64,000 nt of DNA, from contig JBIPSI010000009.1 in NCBI GenBank assembly GCA_044070495.1, positions 32,001 through 96,000 on the forward strand, written 5' to 3'. The position numbers and the translations under genes are program-made. Origin of the DNA: Spirulina sp. Its GTDB lineage: Bacteria; Cyanobacteriota; Cyanobacteriia; Phormidesmidales; Phormidesmidaceae. Shown here piece by piece: positions 30,027 through 39,635 of this stretch. The number at the start of each line of letters is the position of its first letter. Within the stretch, counting starts at the first letter, position 1. Below the pieces are notes generated by a model that was not told the origin of the DNA, ran no database searches, and was given only the letters and a program-made list of their open reading frames with translations.

Positions 30027-30253
30027 GCCCTCACCCCCAGCCCCTCTCCTAGAAGGATCTACGGCTCATACACATTATGTTTTCATGCCGCAATTCCTTG
30101 GAGATCCCCCTAAATCCCCCTTGGAAAGGGGGACTTTGAATCCGGTTCCCCCCTTCATAAGGGGGGCTAGGGGGGATCAACCCTAGGAATCCAGCGGAAT
30201 GGAGACTTGTGTATAAGCATGAGCCCCAAGGGAGAGGGATTTAGGGTGAGGGC
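30027..30253. repeat. Second nested palindromic element (inner element in opposite orientation to the 12.2-kb copy)
   Basis: Outer GCCCTCACCCCCAGCCCCTCTCC ... GGGAGAGGGATTTAGGGTGAGGGC; inner 30059-30224 with ATACAC...GTGTAT near its ends. Confidence 0.85.
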
Positions 30254-30336
30254 GACCCTAGGTTAGGCGGGATTTCGCTCCTAAAGATTTCGCTCCTAAA
30301 ATCGCCCCTCAAATCAACGTTCTCAACAGGTTTTCT

Positions 30337-31152
30337 ATGGAATTGTTTTGGCAGACGGTGCTGGATTTTGCCCAAACCACCACCCAGCGCGTGGGGCAGA
30401 AATTACTGGAGGATTTTGGCCATGCCCAGGCCGACCTCAAGGCCGATGGTAGTTTGGTCACCGCCTCCGACCGCTGGGCCGACGAAGCCCTCCGCACCGC
30501 CATTCACGAAACTTTCCCCGACCACGGTGTCCTCAGCGAAGAGACCGTACATCTCTTTCCCGATACCGACTGGTGCTGGATCATCGACCCCATCGACGGC
30601 ACCACCAACTTCACGCGGGGGATTCCGGTGTGGGGGATTTCCCTGGGGTTGCTCTACCGGGGCGTACCCGTCTTTGGCTATGTGGCCCTGCCGCCCCTGG
30701 GACAAGCCTTCCATGGCTATTGGCCCGGTGATAGTGGGTTAACCATGCCCAGCGGGGCCTTCTTCAACGGTCGCCCTATGCACCCCAGCAAGGCAGAACC
30801 TGGCCCCCAGGAATTCTTTAGCCTCTGCGCCCGCAGTACTTCGGTGATGGCCCAGCCCTTCCCCTGCAAAATTCGGATGCTGGGAGCCGCCACCTATAAC
30901 CTGCTGCTGGTGGGGGCTGGCTGGGCGATTGGGGCCGTAGAAGCCACCCCAAAAATCTGGGATATCGCCGCCGTGTGGGCGATTTTGCAAGCCGCCGGAG
31001 CTACCTGGGTTGCCCTCGACGGCATTGCTCCGTTTCCCCTCACCGTAGGTCAAAACTACAGCCGCCAGCCCTATGCCACCCTAGTGACGGCCCAGGCGGT
31101 TTGGGTAGACACTTTTTTGCCCCTTGTGAACAAGGTGGCGCAGCGGGCTTAG
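30337..31152 (+). CDS. Inositol monophosphatase family protein
   Basis: LSEE, WIIDPIDGTTNF, WDIAA motifs. Confidence 0.93.
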   Translation: MELFWQTVLDFAQTTTQRVGQKLLEDFGHAQADLKADGSLVTASDRWADEALRTAIHETFPDHGVLSEETVHLFPDTDWCWIIDPIDGTTNFTRGIPVWGISLGLLYRGVPVFGYVALPPLGQAFHGYWPGDSGLTMPSGAFFNGRPMHPSKAEPGPQEFFSLCARSTSVMAQPFPCKIRMLGAATYNLLLVGAGWAIGAVEATPKIWDIAAVWAILQAAGATWVALDGIAPFPLTVGQNYSRQPYATLVTAQAVWVDTFLPLVNKVAQRA

Positions 31153-31377
31153 GATCCTTATAAACCCTCTCTGCAGAAGGCTAAAGGCGGTCTTGGGCAA
31201 GACGATTTTCTCCATGAGATCGAGGTCTGCTGGGGAAAGCCTTCACCGTGGACTATGCCTGCGCAGACGCGTCACTCACATCGACCAGAACTAGCGCTAG
31301 AGCTTGGTCAATCATCTGCTGCGAATCACCCCTTTGCCCCAGTTCCGCCCCTCACTAATTTTTTCAACAAACCCTGC

Positions 31378-32430
31378 CTAGGGTTCGGCGGGCCAGTTGA
31401 AGCCACGGGACTGCAAAAGCTGACGCTGGCGTTGGCGAGCAAGGGTTTGGAGATCGATGCTGCGGTCGGTTTCGTCTACGATTTCCCCGGTCAGCACCTC
31501 CAGCACATCCTCTAGGGTAACGACACCGGAAACGCCGCCGTACTCATCCACCACCACGGCCAGATGTTCGCGGGCGGTTTGAAACTCTTGCAGCAGCTTG
31601 TCGGCCCGCTCGGTTTCAGAGATAAAGCGCACCGGACGCACCACGTCACGCACCAACTGCTGGCCCTGGCCTTGGATCAGGGCGGCAAGCAGGTCGTGTT
31701 TCATCACCAGGCCCAGGATGTGGTCGATGTCGGTGTCGCTGACCAGAATGCGGCTGTGCTGGGAATTGAAGATTTTGTCCTGGGCTTCGGCAATGGTGAG
31801 ATCACCCGGTAGGTGGGTGAGAGCCACCCGTGGGGTCATGATGTCAATGGATTTGGTGTCGTTGAGGCGAAACACGCGCCGAATCATTTCCGATTCGTCC
31901 GCTTCGATAATGCCCTCCTGGTGGCCGATGGTGGCCATCAGCTTGATTTCCGCCTCGTTGGTGCTGGGGCGGTTGCCCGCGCTAACAAAGGGAGCCGTCA
32001 CCCGTTCTAGGGCAATCACAATGGGCGTAAACAGCCAGGTGATGCCCCGGATAGGAATGGCAATAGCCAAGGCGATGGGGATGGCGTAGCGTTCGCCGAG
32101 AATTTTCGGGAAAATTTCGCCAAAGAGAATCACCAGAAAAGTTAGCACCCCGGTAAACACCCCCAGCAGGGCATCGTTAAACACCGTAGCCGCAATGCCC
32201 CCAATCAGGACGCTGCCCACAATGTTGAACAGGTTGTTGAGAATAACAATGGTGGCGATGGGGCGATTCACCCGCTGACGAATGGCCAAGAGCGCTAGAG
32301 CGGGGGGCTTTTTCGATTCCGCCAGTTGTTGCGCCTTGAGGATGGGCACCGACAACAGGGCAACTTCGCTGCCAGAGCACAGCGCCGAGCCAACCAACAT
32401 CACGACGATTGCGATTACCAGACTCAGCAT
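31378..32430 (-). CDS. CNNM/CorC-HlyC (hemolysin family) CBS-domain membrane protein
   Basis: CSGSEVALLS, GEIFPK, MTPR, HSRI, VVDEYGG, GEIVDE motifs. Confidence 0.93.
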   Translation of the reverse strand: MLSLVIAIVVMLVGSALCSGSEVALLSVPILKAQQLAESKKPPALALLAIRQRVNRPIATIVILNNLFNIVGSVLIGGIAATVFNDALLGVFTGVLTFLVILFGEIFPKILGERYAIPIALAIAIPIRGITWLFTPIVIALERVTAPFVSAGNRPSTNEAEIKLMATIGHQEGIIEADESEMIRRVFRLNDTKSIDIMTPRVALTHLPGDLTIAEAQDKIFNSQHSRILVSDTDIDHILGLVMKHDLLAALIQGQGQQLVRDVVRPVRFISETERADKLLQEFQTAREHLAVVVDEYGGVSGVVTLEDVLEVLTGEIVDETDRSIDLQTLARQRQRQLLQSRGFNWPAEP

Positions 32431-32617
32431 AGGTTCATTTGGGGCAGACCAACGGCGGGCAAAGACACTGTTATGATTCTTCTAATCTTACGCTCTTGGG
32501 AGAACGGCGTTGACGTTGTTCGTCTGCCCTAGAGTAGTCCATCCCTACAACCTGCCTTAGGATAATGGTCAGTTCAGACCAGCCATCCCAGGGCTTGGGA
32601 ATGGGTTAAAGCTTGCC

Positions 32618-34543
32618 ATGCCGAGGGCCATGTCATCACCACAGCCAATGAGCGATACTATTCTCGATGTCCGCCACCTCCAGGTTGAGTTTGAGGTGGA
32701 TGGACGTATCATTCCGGCGGTTAACGATATTTCTTTCCAGGTGAAGCGGGGCCAAACCCTCGGCATTGTAGGGGAATCCGGCTCTGGCAAGTCCGTCACC
32801 TCCCTGGCGGTGATGGGGCTAATTCCCTCGCCACCGGGACGCATTGTGGGCGGCGAAATCTGGTTTCAGTCCGCCAATGCTTCCCCAGACACCCCAGCGG
32901 TGGATTTTTGCGCCCTCAGCGAAGACCAGCGGCAAGCCTACCGGGGTGGCCAAGTGGCGATGATTTTCCAGGAGCCGATGAGTTCCCTCAACCCGGTGTA
33001 TACCATTGGGTTTCAGCTTGTGGAAGCGATCCGCCAGCACCAAAATATCAGTAAAGAAGAGGCCCAAGGGCAGGCCACTGAACGCTTACAGGAGGTGAAA
33101 CTCCTACCCGATGTCGCCCAGCAGCGGACGGCCTTGCAGGCGGCCAATCCCCACCTGTCGGAAGTCGCGCTCACCACCCAGATTGAAGCCCAACAGCAGG
33201 CCATGTTAAACCGCTACCCCCACGAGCTATCGGGGGGGCAAATTCAGCGGGTGATGATTGCCATGGCGATTTCCGGTAATCCGGCGCTGCTGATTGCCGA
33301 CGAACCCACCACCGCCCTGGATGTCACCGTCCAAGCCACCATCCTCGACCTGCTGCGGGAACTGCGGGATCGGCGGGGCATGTCCCTCATCTTCATCACC
33401 CACGACCTGGGTATCATCGCCGAAATTGCCGACCAGGTGGCGGTGATGTACCAGGGGCAGATTGTCGAAACTGGCCCAGTGCTGGATATCTTTGCCAACC
33501 CCCAGCATCCCTACACCAAGGGGCTGCTGGCCTGTCGCCCTCGGCCCGATCAACGCCGTCGCCGCCTGCCCACCGTGGCCGACTTTATGACCACCGCCGT
33601 GGAACAGGGCCAGATCGCCATCCGCGAAACCGTTCTCGATGACGCCGCCCTGGCCCAGTTTTCGTCCCTCTCCGAGGCCGAATTAGAGACCCGCCGCCAA
33701 ACCCTCGCCGCCAGTGCCCCCCTGCTGGCGGTGGAGCATCTCAAGGTGGGCTATCCCATCCGGGGCGTATTTGGCAAAACCCAGCGCTACGTGATGGCCG
33801 TCAACGATGTGTCCTTTCAAATTCGCCAGGGGGAAACCTTTGGCCTGGTGGGAGAATCGGGCTGCGGCAAAACCACCCTGGGCCGTGCCCTGCTGCGGCT
33901 GGTGAACCCCCTTGGCGGCACCATCTGGTTTGAGGGGCGCGACGTACTAGCTCTCCAGGGTCAAGCCCTGCGTACCCTGCGCCGCGATATGCAAATCGTC
34001 TTCCAAGATCCCTACAGTTCCCTCGACCCCCGCATGAGTGTGGGGGCCGCCATTGCCGAACCGCTGAAAATTCACGGCGTGGTCAAAAGCAAACGCAATC
34101 AGCAGGAACGGGTGGCCTACCTGCTCGAACGGGTGGGCCTGCCCGCCGACTGCATGAACCGCTTCCCCCACGAATTTTCCGGGGGCCAACGCCAGCGAAT
34201 CTGCATTGCCCGCGCCCTGGCCCTCAACCCCAAATTTATTATTTGTGACGAGTCGGTTTCGGCCCTAGATGTCTCGGTACAGGCCCAGGTCTTGAACCTG
34301 CTGAAGGAACTCCAGGCCGAATTTGACCTCACCTATATCTTCATCTCCCACGACCTCGCGGTTGTGAAATTTATGAGTGATCGCATCATGGTGATGAACC
34401 GAGGCCAGGTGGAGGAAATCGGCCCCGCCGAGGCGGTCTATCGTCAACCCCAAACCCCCTACACCCAAAACCTGATCCAGGCTATTCCGGTGGGCAGCCT
34501 AGAGCGTATTCAGGAACTCCAGAAGGATCGCCTCGTTGCCTAG
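32618..34543 (+). CDS. Peptide/nickel ABC transporter fused ATP-binding protein
   Basis: Two NBDs: [18 protein letters not shown] and [18 protein letters not shown]. Confidence 0.95.
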   Translation: MPRAMSSPQPMSDTILDVRHLQVEFEVDGRIIPAVNDISFQVKRGQTLGIVGESGSGKSVTSLAVMGLIPSPPGRIVGGEIWFQSANASPDTPAVDFCALSEDQRQAYRGGQVAMIFQEPMSSLNPVYTIGFQLVEAIRQHQNISKEEAQGQATERLQEVKLLPDVAQQRTALQAANPHLSEVALTTQIEAQQQAMLNRYPHELSGGQIQRVMIAMAISGNPALLIADEPTTALDVTVQATILDLLRELRDRRGMSLIFITHDLGIIAEIADQVAVMYQGQIVETGPVLDIFANPQHPYTKGLLACRPRPDQRRRRLPTVADFMTTAVEQGQIAIRETVLDDAALAQFSSLSEAELETRRQTLAASAPLLAVEHLKVGYPIRGVFGKTQRYVMAVNDVSFQIRQGETFGLVGESGCGKTTLGRALLRLVNPLGGTIWFEGRDVLALQGQALRTLRRDMQIVFQDPYSSLDPRMSVGAAIAEPLKIHGVVKSKRNQQERVAYLLERVGLPADCMNRFPHEFSGGQRQRICIARALALNPKFIICDESVSALDVSVQAQVLNLLKELQAEFDLTYIFISHDLAVVKFMSDRIMVMNRGQVEEIGPAEAVYRQPQTPYTQNLIQAIPVGSLERIQELQKDRLVA

Positions 34544-34581
34544 GGCGGATCCCCTCCGTCCTAGCCCTACCATTCACAGCC

Positions 34582-34896
34582 CTAGTGGCTCCAGAACAGT
34601 TTTAGGTCTGCCTGGCGAGCTTTAGCGATGCGCTGGTCTTGGTAGTGAAGGTCTTCCAGCCAAGTTCTCAATTCAGCCTCAGAAACAAGGTAAACCGATT
34701 GTCCCGTGATTGGGTCGTAGGCATTCCAGGCGGGTTCTCCGTTCCCGCTCGAACTGGGCCATACCCTTGGTTCATCGGATACATCAAGATGGGCCATGAG
34801 GCTCTGCCACACCCGGCGCAGAGCCTGGGACAGAGTGGATTCCGAACGTCCATGACCGAGGGTTAACACGGGCCAATAGGCGGTATGCGCTTTCAT
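34582..34896 (-). CDS. Small conserved cyanobacterial hypothetical protein
   Basis: EPRVW....G...W.AYDP.TG......SE.ELR.WLE motif; AGGAGGTG RBS. Confidence 0.8.
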   Translation of the reverse strand: MKAHTAYWPVLTLGHGRSESTLSQALRRVWQSLMAHLDVSDEPRVWPSSSGNGEPAWNAYDPITGQSVYLVSEAELRTWLEDLHYQDQRIAKARQADLKLFWSH

Positions 34897-34934
34897 AATT
34901 CACCTCCTAAGTTTCTTTGTTTAGCTTAAATTTC

Positions 34935-34950
34935 TGTAGCCAAAAATACA
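34935..34950. promoter_or_regulatory. NtcA-type box
   Basis: TGTA-GCCAAAAA-TACA in AT-rich context, about 40 nt upstream of ATG 34896. Confidence 0.65.
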
Positions 34951-35154
34951 AAAACTCCTATTCATGGTCTACATGAATAAAATTGATGGATGTTGCCAAG
35001 GGAGGTTATCTAAGAATGAAGGCAGCGACCTAGGATCTCAGAGTCAACTCATCTCTGAGTTGCCACCTGATTGCCTGACACGGTATCTACACATTTAGCT
35101 ACGTTAGACCGCTACAGATGGTCTAGGGGCCATCCTTGGGTCAACGGGGGGAGT

Positions 35155-35838
35155 CTACCAGAGGCAAATTTTGGTGACGGCAATCTGCCCGCCAAAGCAA
35201 ACGGCTACGTCAGAGTTAGGGTCGTGGCGGCGGTCGCCGTACTGGCCAATGTAGTGAAACTGGTTGTTTTCAACCTTAAATTCCGTAGGTAGCGGCTGGG
35301 TACAGGGCGTACAAAAGACCATCTCTGGTTCCGGATCCTGGGGCTGGAGGTGGGGCAGATTCACGTTCCAGAAACAGCCGGGGGAAAGGGGTTCCGCCAT
35401 TAGGGTCTGGATGACCTTGGTGGCTAACTGGCTAGCCAAGCCCCAATCGATGGGTTGGCGGTTGCGGATGTAGTGGGAGATGGCAATGCCGGGAACCCGC
35501 AGCAGGGCCGCTTCTCTCACCGCCGCCACCGTGCCGGACAGGTAGAGATCCGCCCCCATATTGCCCCCGGCATTGATACCCGACAGTACCCAAGTCGCCT
35601 CAGGACACAGGTGCCCCAGGGCCACACGGGTACAGTCGGCGGGGGTGCCGCCAATGGCAAAGGCACGGTCATCGCGGGGGTCGATAAAAATAGGGCCGCC
35701 CCGGTTCATTTGGTGGCTACAGCCGGAGAGGTGCTGGTCTGGCGCAACCACCCAGGTGGGCTGATCGGCCATGGCATCGCGCAGGGCTTGAATACCGGGA
35801 GCGTCAATACCGTCGTCGTTGGTGAGAATGAAGGTCAT
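35155..35838 (-). CDS. surE: 5'/3'-nucleotidase SurE
   Basis: LTNDDGIDAPG, GTPADC, SGINAGGN, SGTVAA motifs. Confidence 0.94.
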   Translation of the reverse strand: MTFILTNDDGIDAPGIQALRDAMADQPTWVVAPDQHLSGCSHQMNRGGPIFIDPRDDRAFAIGGTPADCTRVALGHLCPEATWVLSGINAGGNMGADLYLSGTVAAVREAALLRVPGIAISHYIRNRQPIDWGLASQLATKVIQTLMAEPLSPGCFWNVNLPHLQPQDPEPEMVFCTPCTQPLPTEFKVENNQFHYIGQYGDRRHDPNSDVAVCFGGQIAVTKICLW

Positions 35839-35847
35839 CGTAGGATT

Positions 35848-35878
35848 TCCCCCCTTTTTAGGGGGGCTAGGGGGGATC
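35848..35878. repeat. Half copy of the CCCCCT/AAGGGGG repeat
   Basis: TCCCCCCTTTTTAGGGGGGCTAGGGGGGATC. Confidence 0.75.
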
Positions 35879-35952
35879 AGCCCTCAGCAAGGTTACGGTG
35901 AGGACTGATGGGTATTGAGTCGCCCAAAAGATCGGGGAGCCTTTAACCCATC

Positions 35953-36933
35953 CTAAACCAACCAGCGGGCCACATCCTTGGCGTGGTAGGTGAGGATCAG
36001 ATCGGCCCCGGAGCGCTTGAAGCTGGTCATGGTTTCCATCACGATCTTTTGCTCGTCTACCCAACCATTGAGGGCGGCGGCTTTGACCATGGAATATTCG
36101 CCGGAAACGTTGTAGGCGGCGACGGGTAGGTTAGTGGCTTCCTTCACCCGCCAGATGATATCCATGTAGGCCAGGGCAGGCTTCACCATCAGCATGTCGG
36201 CCCCTTCGGCGATGTCTAGCTCAATTTCCTTCAGGGCTTCGGTGCCGTTGGCCGGATCCATCTGGTAGGTGCGGCGGTCGCCAAACTGGGGGGCACTTTC
36301 CGCTGCATCTCGGAAGGGGCCATAGTAGGCGGAGGCGTACTTGGCGGCGTAGGACAGAATCGGGGTATCCTCAAAACCTGCGTCATCCAAGCCGCTACGA
36401 ATGGCCCGCACAAAGCCATCCATCATGCCGGAGGGGGCAATGATATCGGCCCCAGCCTTGGCCTGGGACACCGCCGTTTTTTTCAGCAGTTCCAGGGTGG
36501 GATCGTTCAGCACCCGTCCGCTGAGGTCGCCCACTTCCAGGTAGCCGCAGTGGCCGTGGGAGGTGTACTCGCACAGGCAGGTATCCACAATCACCAGCAG
36601 ATCAGGGACGGCTTCTTTCACCGCCGTGGTGGCCCTTTGCACAATGCCGCAATCGTGCCAGGCCCCGGTGGCATCGGTGTCTTTATCGGTAGGAATGCCA
36701 AACAAAATGATGGCGGGAATGCCGAGATCGTAGACTTCCTTGGCCTCCTCCACGATTTTGTCCACCGAAAGCTGATAGACCCCCGGCATGGAGGACACTT
36801 CCTTGGCCACCCCGTCCCCCGGCACCGCAAACAGCGGATAGATCAAATCCGCCTGGGTGACGATGTTCTCTCGCACCATGCGGCGAAGTTGGGGATGTTG
36901 GCGCAAACGGCGGGGACGATGGGTGGGGAACAT
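35953..36933 (-). CDS. hemB: Porphobilinogen synthase
   Basis: [40 protein letters not shown] motifs. Confidence 0.97.
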   Translation of the reverse strand: MFPTHRPRRLRQHPQLRRMVRENIVTQADLIYPLFAVPGDGVAKEVSSMPGVYQLSVDKIVEEAKEVYDLGIPAIILFGIPTDKDTDATGAWHDCGIVQRATTAVKEAVPDLLVIVDTCLCEYTSHGHCGYLEVGDLSGRVLNDPTLELLKKTAVSQAKAGADIIAPSGMMDGFVRAIRSGLDDAGFEDTPILSYAAKYASAYYGPFRDAAESAPQFGDRRTYQMDPANGTEALKEIELDIAEGADMLMVKPALAYMDIIWRVKEATNLPVAAYNVSGEYSMVKAAALNGWVDEQKIVMETMTSFKRSGADLILTYHAKDVARWLV

Positions 36934-37091
36934 GGGTGTGAGATGCCAGATCCGGCAGCGACAGAAACGTAAAGATATCTAAAACTAAACCGCTATTGGG
37001 GAACGAATACAAGCCATTGGTTACGTTCTGTAACCTGTCCTTTCCATCGCCGCACCCAGAACCCCAAGACCGTGGCAAGCCAAACCCAAAT

Positions 37092-37397
37092 CTACCGGGA
37101 ACGCGCTTGTCGCCCTGCCTTCGAGCGTACTTCCTCGCCCATCAAAAAGACCAGGTAAAACTGTCGCCGCAGGATTGGGATAGACCAACGTACATCGACG
37201 GGATGACGTTTGCGGGTGTTGGCCACCAAGGCCGTTTGTAGGGCCAATCGTTGCTCCTCGCTAAAGGAGGTTGCCACCTCTTGGGGCATGGCACTCAGCA
37301 AGCGTTCCAAGGCCCACTTTGCGCCCTCGCTGGTTGAATTGGGGGAAACAGACTGTCCTTGGGGTGTGGAATCTTGGGGTGTGGAATTCGGATTCAT
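37092..37397 (-). CDS. Hypothetical protein, possibly C-terminally truncated
   Basis: SFSEEQ..AL...HPVDVR.SIP...FYLVFL.G.E.R; hydrophobic in-frame sequence continues after the TAG. Confidence 0.6.
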   Translation of the reverse strand: MNPNSTPQDSTPQGQSVSPNSTSEGAKWALERLLSAMPQEVATSFSEEQRLALQTALVANTRKRHPVDVRWSIPILRRQFYLVFLMGEEVRSKAGRQARSR

Positions 37398-37660
37398 CAG
37401 TTTTCTCCACCGAACGATTATCAGCCTATCCAGGCTATCCCTGGATTACACCGTAGATCCCCCAAGGGACTGCGCTACTCCAACGCTGCCCCCAGGGATG
37501 GAACCCTAGGTCACAGCCTGAAGGTGCCCTGGATGGCCCCTCTAGATTATGAATCCCCAAAAACAAGAAAATTTCCCAGAAAAAAGATCGCGTTGCCGCT
37601 AAGGCTATGCTACTATTGATAACCGTGCTTGAGATTTAATTCTCACAGTGCAAATCAAAC

Positions 37661-37732
37661 GGGTCGCTAGCTCAGCGGTAGAGCACTCGGCTTTTAACCG
37701 ATTGGTCCTGGGTTCGAATCCCAGGCGACCCA
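37661..37732 (+). tRNA. tRNA-Lys (anticodon UUU)
   Basis: GGGTCGC/GCGACCC acceptor stem, CTTTTAA anticodon loop, GGTTCGAATCC T-arm; CCA not encoded. Confidence 0.97.
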
Positions 37733-37822
37733 TTTTTCAAGCCTTTTTCTATCTTTTGCTTTTAATTGAGCGCAGGCATTGTTGCGGTTAAAGACCCTCG
37801 GCAGATCGCAAAGCTCACGCCA

Positions 37823-37860
37823 CCCTCACCTCCAACCCCTCTCCCACGAGGAGAGGGGAG
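37823..37860. repeat. CCCTCTCCC/GGAGAGGG hairpin repeat (partial)
   Basis: CCCTCACCTCCAACCCCTCTCCCACGAGGAGAGGGG. Confidence 0.75.
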
Positions 37861-37873
37861 CCGATGGGATCAC

Positions 37874-38797
37874 CTAGGCCCCAATGGCGAGGGATGGCGA
37901 AGACTCGATCCAGTGGTCTAGAAAGGCTCTGGCGGCGGGAGAGAAGGCCTTATCCTGGCGATAGGCTAGCTGCCATTGCCCTTGGAGGGTGAGTTCCGGC
38001 ACAGACAACACCGTGAGATCGGTGTCGAGATCGGTGAGGGTGAAGGCGGGGAGGAGCGCAATGCCCAGGTTTGCCTTCACGCTGGCCTTAATGGATTCGT
38101 TGCAGCTCAGCTCAAAATTGCTGCGTAGGGCAAAGCCATGGGCCGCAAAGACGGTCTCTAGGCGCTGGCGGGTGCTCGATTCGGGTTCGCGCAGAATCCA
38201 GTTGGCCTTGGCCAAGTCGGCCAGGGTAAGGGTTTTGCGCTGGGCGAGGGGATGACGGCTGGAGGCCACCACCTGGAGCGGCGATTGGGCGTAGGGCAGG
38301 GTGGCCAAGTTCACCGAACTAGGGGGCAGGCTAAAGAGGTAGAAATCGTCTTCGTTGTGGCGCAACCGCTCCTGAAGTTCCGCGTCACTGCCCACATGGA
38401 GGGACACCTCTAGGCCAGGATATTCCTCTAGAAAGGGCTTAAATTGCTCCACCAAAAGGCACTTTCCACTTTCCACCGTGGCCAGTTTCACGGTGCCCGC
38501 TTCCACGCCCTGAAAGGCCAGCAGGGTTTGATCGAGATGCTGAAGCTGCCGCATCACCTGATGGCAGGTATTCAGCAGGGCTTCCCCCGCCGCCGTGAGG
38601 TGCAACTGCCGCCCAATGGTCTCCACCAGGGGCAGGCCCACGGTTTTCGAGAGTTGCTTAATCTGAATCGACACCGTGGGTTGGGTGAGATAGAGTTCGG
38701 CGGCGGCTTTGGTGTAGTTGCGATGCCGCGCCACCGCTTCAAAAACTTCCATTTGGTGCAGGGTAATTCCCTTGGTGCTGAGCAAGGATGCCGCCAT
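37874..38797 (-). CDS. LysR family regulator (CbbR/CmpR/NdhR-like HTH)
   Basis: TLHQ..VFEAVARH...TKAA.ELYLTQPTVS.QIKQL...VGLPL and ILRE..S.TR motifs. Confidence 0.92.
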   Translation of the reverse strand: MAASLLSTKGITLHQMEVFEAVARHRNYTKAAAELYLTQPTVSIQIKQLSKTVGLPLVETIGRQLHLTAAGEALLNTCHQVMRQLQHLDQTLLAFQGVEAGTVKLATVESGKCLLVEQFKPFLEEYPGLEVSLHVGSDAELQERLRHNEDDFYLFSLPPSSVNLATLPYAQSPLQVVASSRHPLAQRKTLTLADLAKANWILREPESSTRQRLETVFAAHGFALRSNFELSCNESIKASVKANLGIALLPAFTLTDLDTDLTVLSVPELTLQGQWQLAYRQDKAFSPAARAFLDHWIESSPSLAIGA

Positions 38798-38953
38798 GGT
38801 TGAGCCGAGCTGTCAAAGGACTCCTTTACTTTAGCAACTTTTGTGTTTCTAAAGTAGCCCTTGCTCGAACCCTAGGGCGAATTAGCAGAACTCGGTTGGC
38901 TCGGTTCCCGTAACCTGCGCCATGATAGGACGTAGGTTTGTGGGGATTGTGCA

Positions 38954-39433
38954 ATGAATCGCTATGCCTTGGGTGGTGCCATTGGGCTATTGATGTTACT
39001 CGCTTTGTCTGGAATGGGGGGCTTGGATCGGCTGTTCCAGGGCAATGGGGCAGGGCGCGGCGACCTATCGGCGGCGGATGACACCCTAGGAACATTGCCC
39101 ATTGAACAGGCGGGGCAAGTGGTGCAGCGCCAAAGTTCTCCAACCCCAGGTATACCCGCCACGGGCACCAACATTCCCGGCACCCCAACCTCCGTTAGCG
39201 GCGACTTCCCCCCCACCAACGGAGGCTTTACGGCCCCGGCGGGCACCCCACCCACCCTCAACCCCACCCAACCCGGCATCCCCCAAAACGTCATTCCCCA
39301 ATCTGGCGGAGCGACAACTTTACCGGCCCAAGTGGGGGATATTGCCCCGGTACAGCCCGGTTTGGTGCAGCCCGATCCGGTTCCCCCAGTGACCGACGAT
39401 CCAGAACTAGAGTCGATTCCGGCCCTGTGGTAG
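38954..39433 (+). CDS. Secreted/membrane-anchored Pro/Gly/Thr-rich protein
   Basis: N-terminal hydrophobic helix, low-complexity body, ends ...IPALW. Confidence 0.72.
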   Translation: MNRYALGGAIGLLMLLALSGMGGLDRLFQGNGAGRGDLSAADDTLGTLPIEQAGQVVQRQSSPTPGIPATGTNIPGTPTSVSGDFPPTNGGFTAPAGTPPTLNPTQPGIPQNVIPQSGGATTLPAQVGDIAPVQPGLVQPDPVPPVTDDPELESIPALW

Positions 39434-39495
39434 GGGTTCCCTGTGGTTAGTGGCTTTGATGGCGGGTTTCTGATCTATCGTTGAAACAACGAGCC

Positions 39496-39586
39496 GCCCT
39501 CACCCTAAATCCCTCTCCCATGGGGAGAGGGACTTTGAAGAATTCGGCCCCCCTCTCCCGTGGGGAGAGGGGTTGGGGGTGAGGGC
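39496..39586. repeat. Intact, uninterrupted CCCTCTCCC/GGGAGAGGG double-hairpin repeat
   Basis: GCCCTCACCCTAAATCCCTCTCCC.TGGGGAGAGGGACTTTGAA...CCCTCTCCCGTGGGGAGAGGGGTTGGGGGTGAGGGC. Confidence 0.88.
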
Positions 39587-39635
39587 CAATCCCACGCTTT
39601 CCGCAAACCTATCCCTTTGTTTCCCTTGCCTTGTG

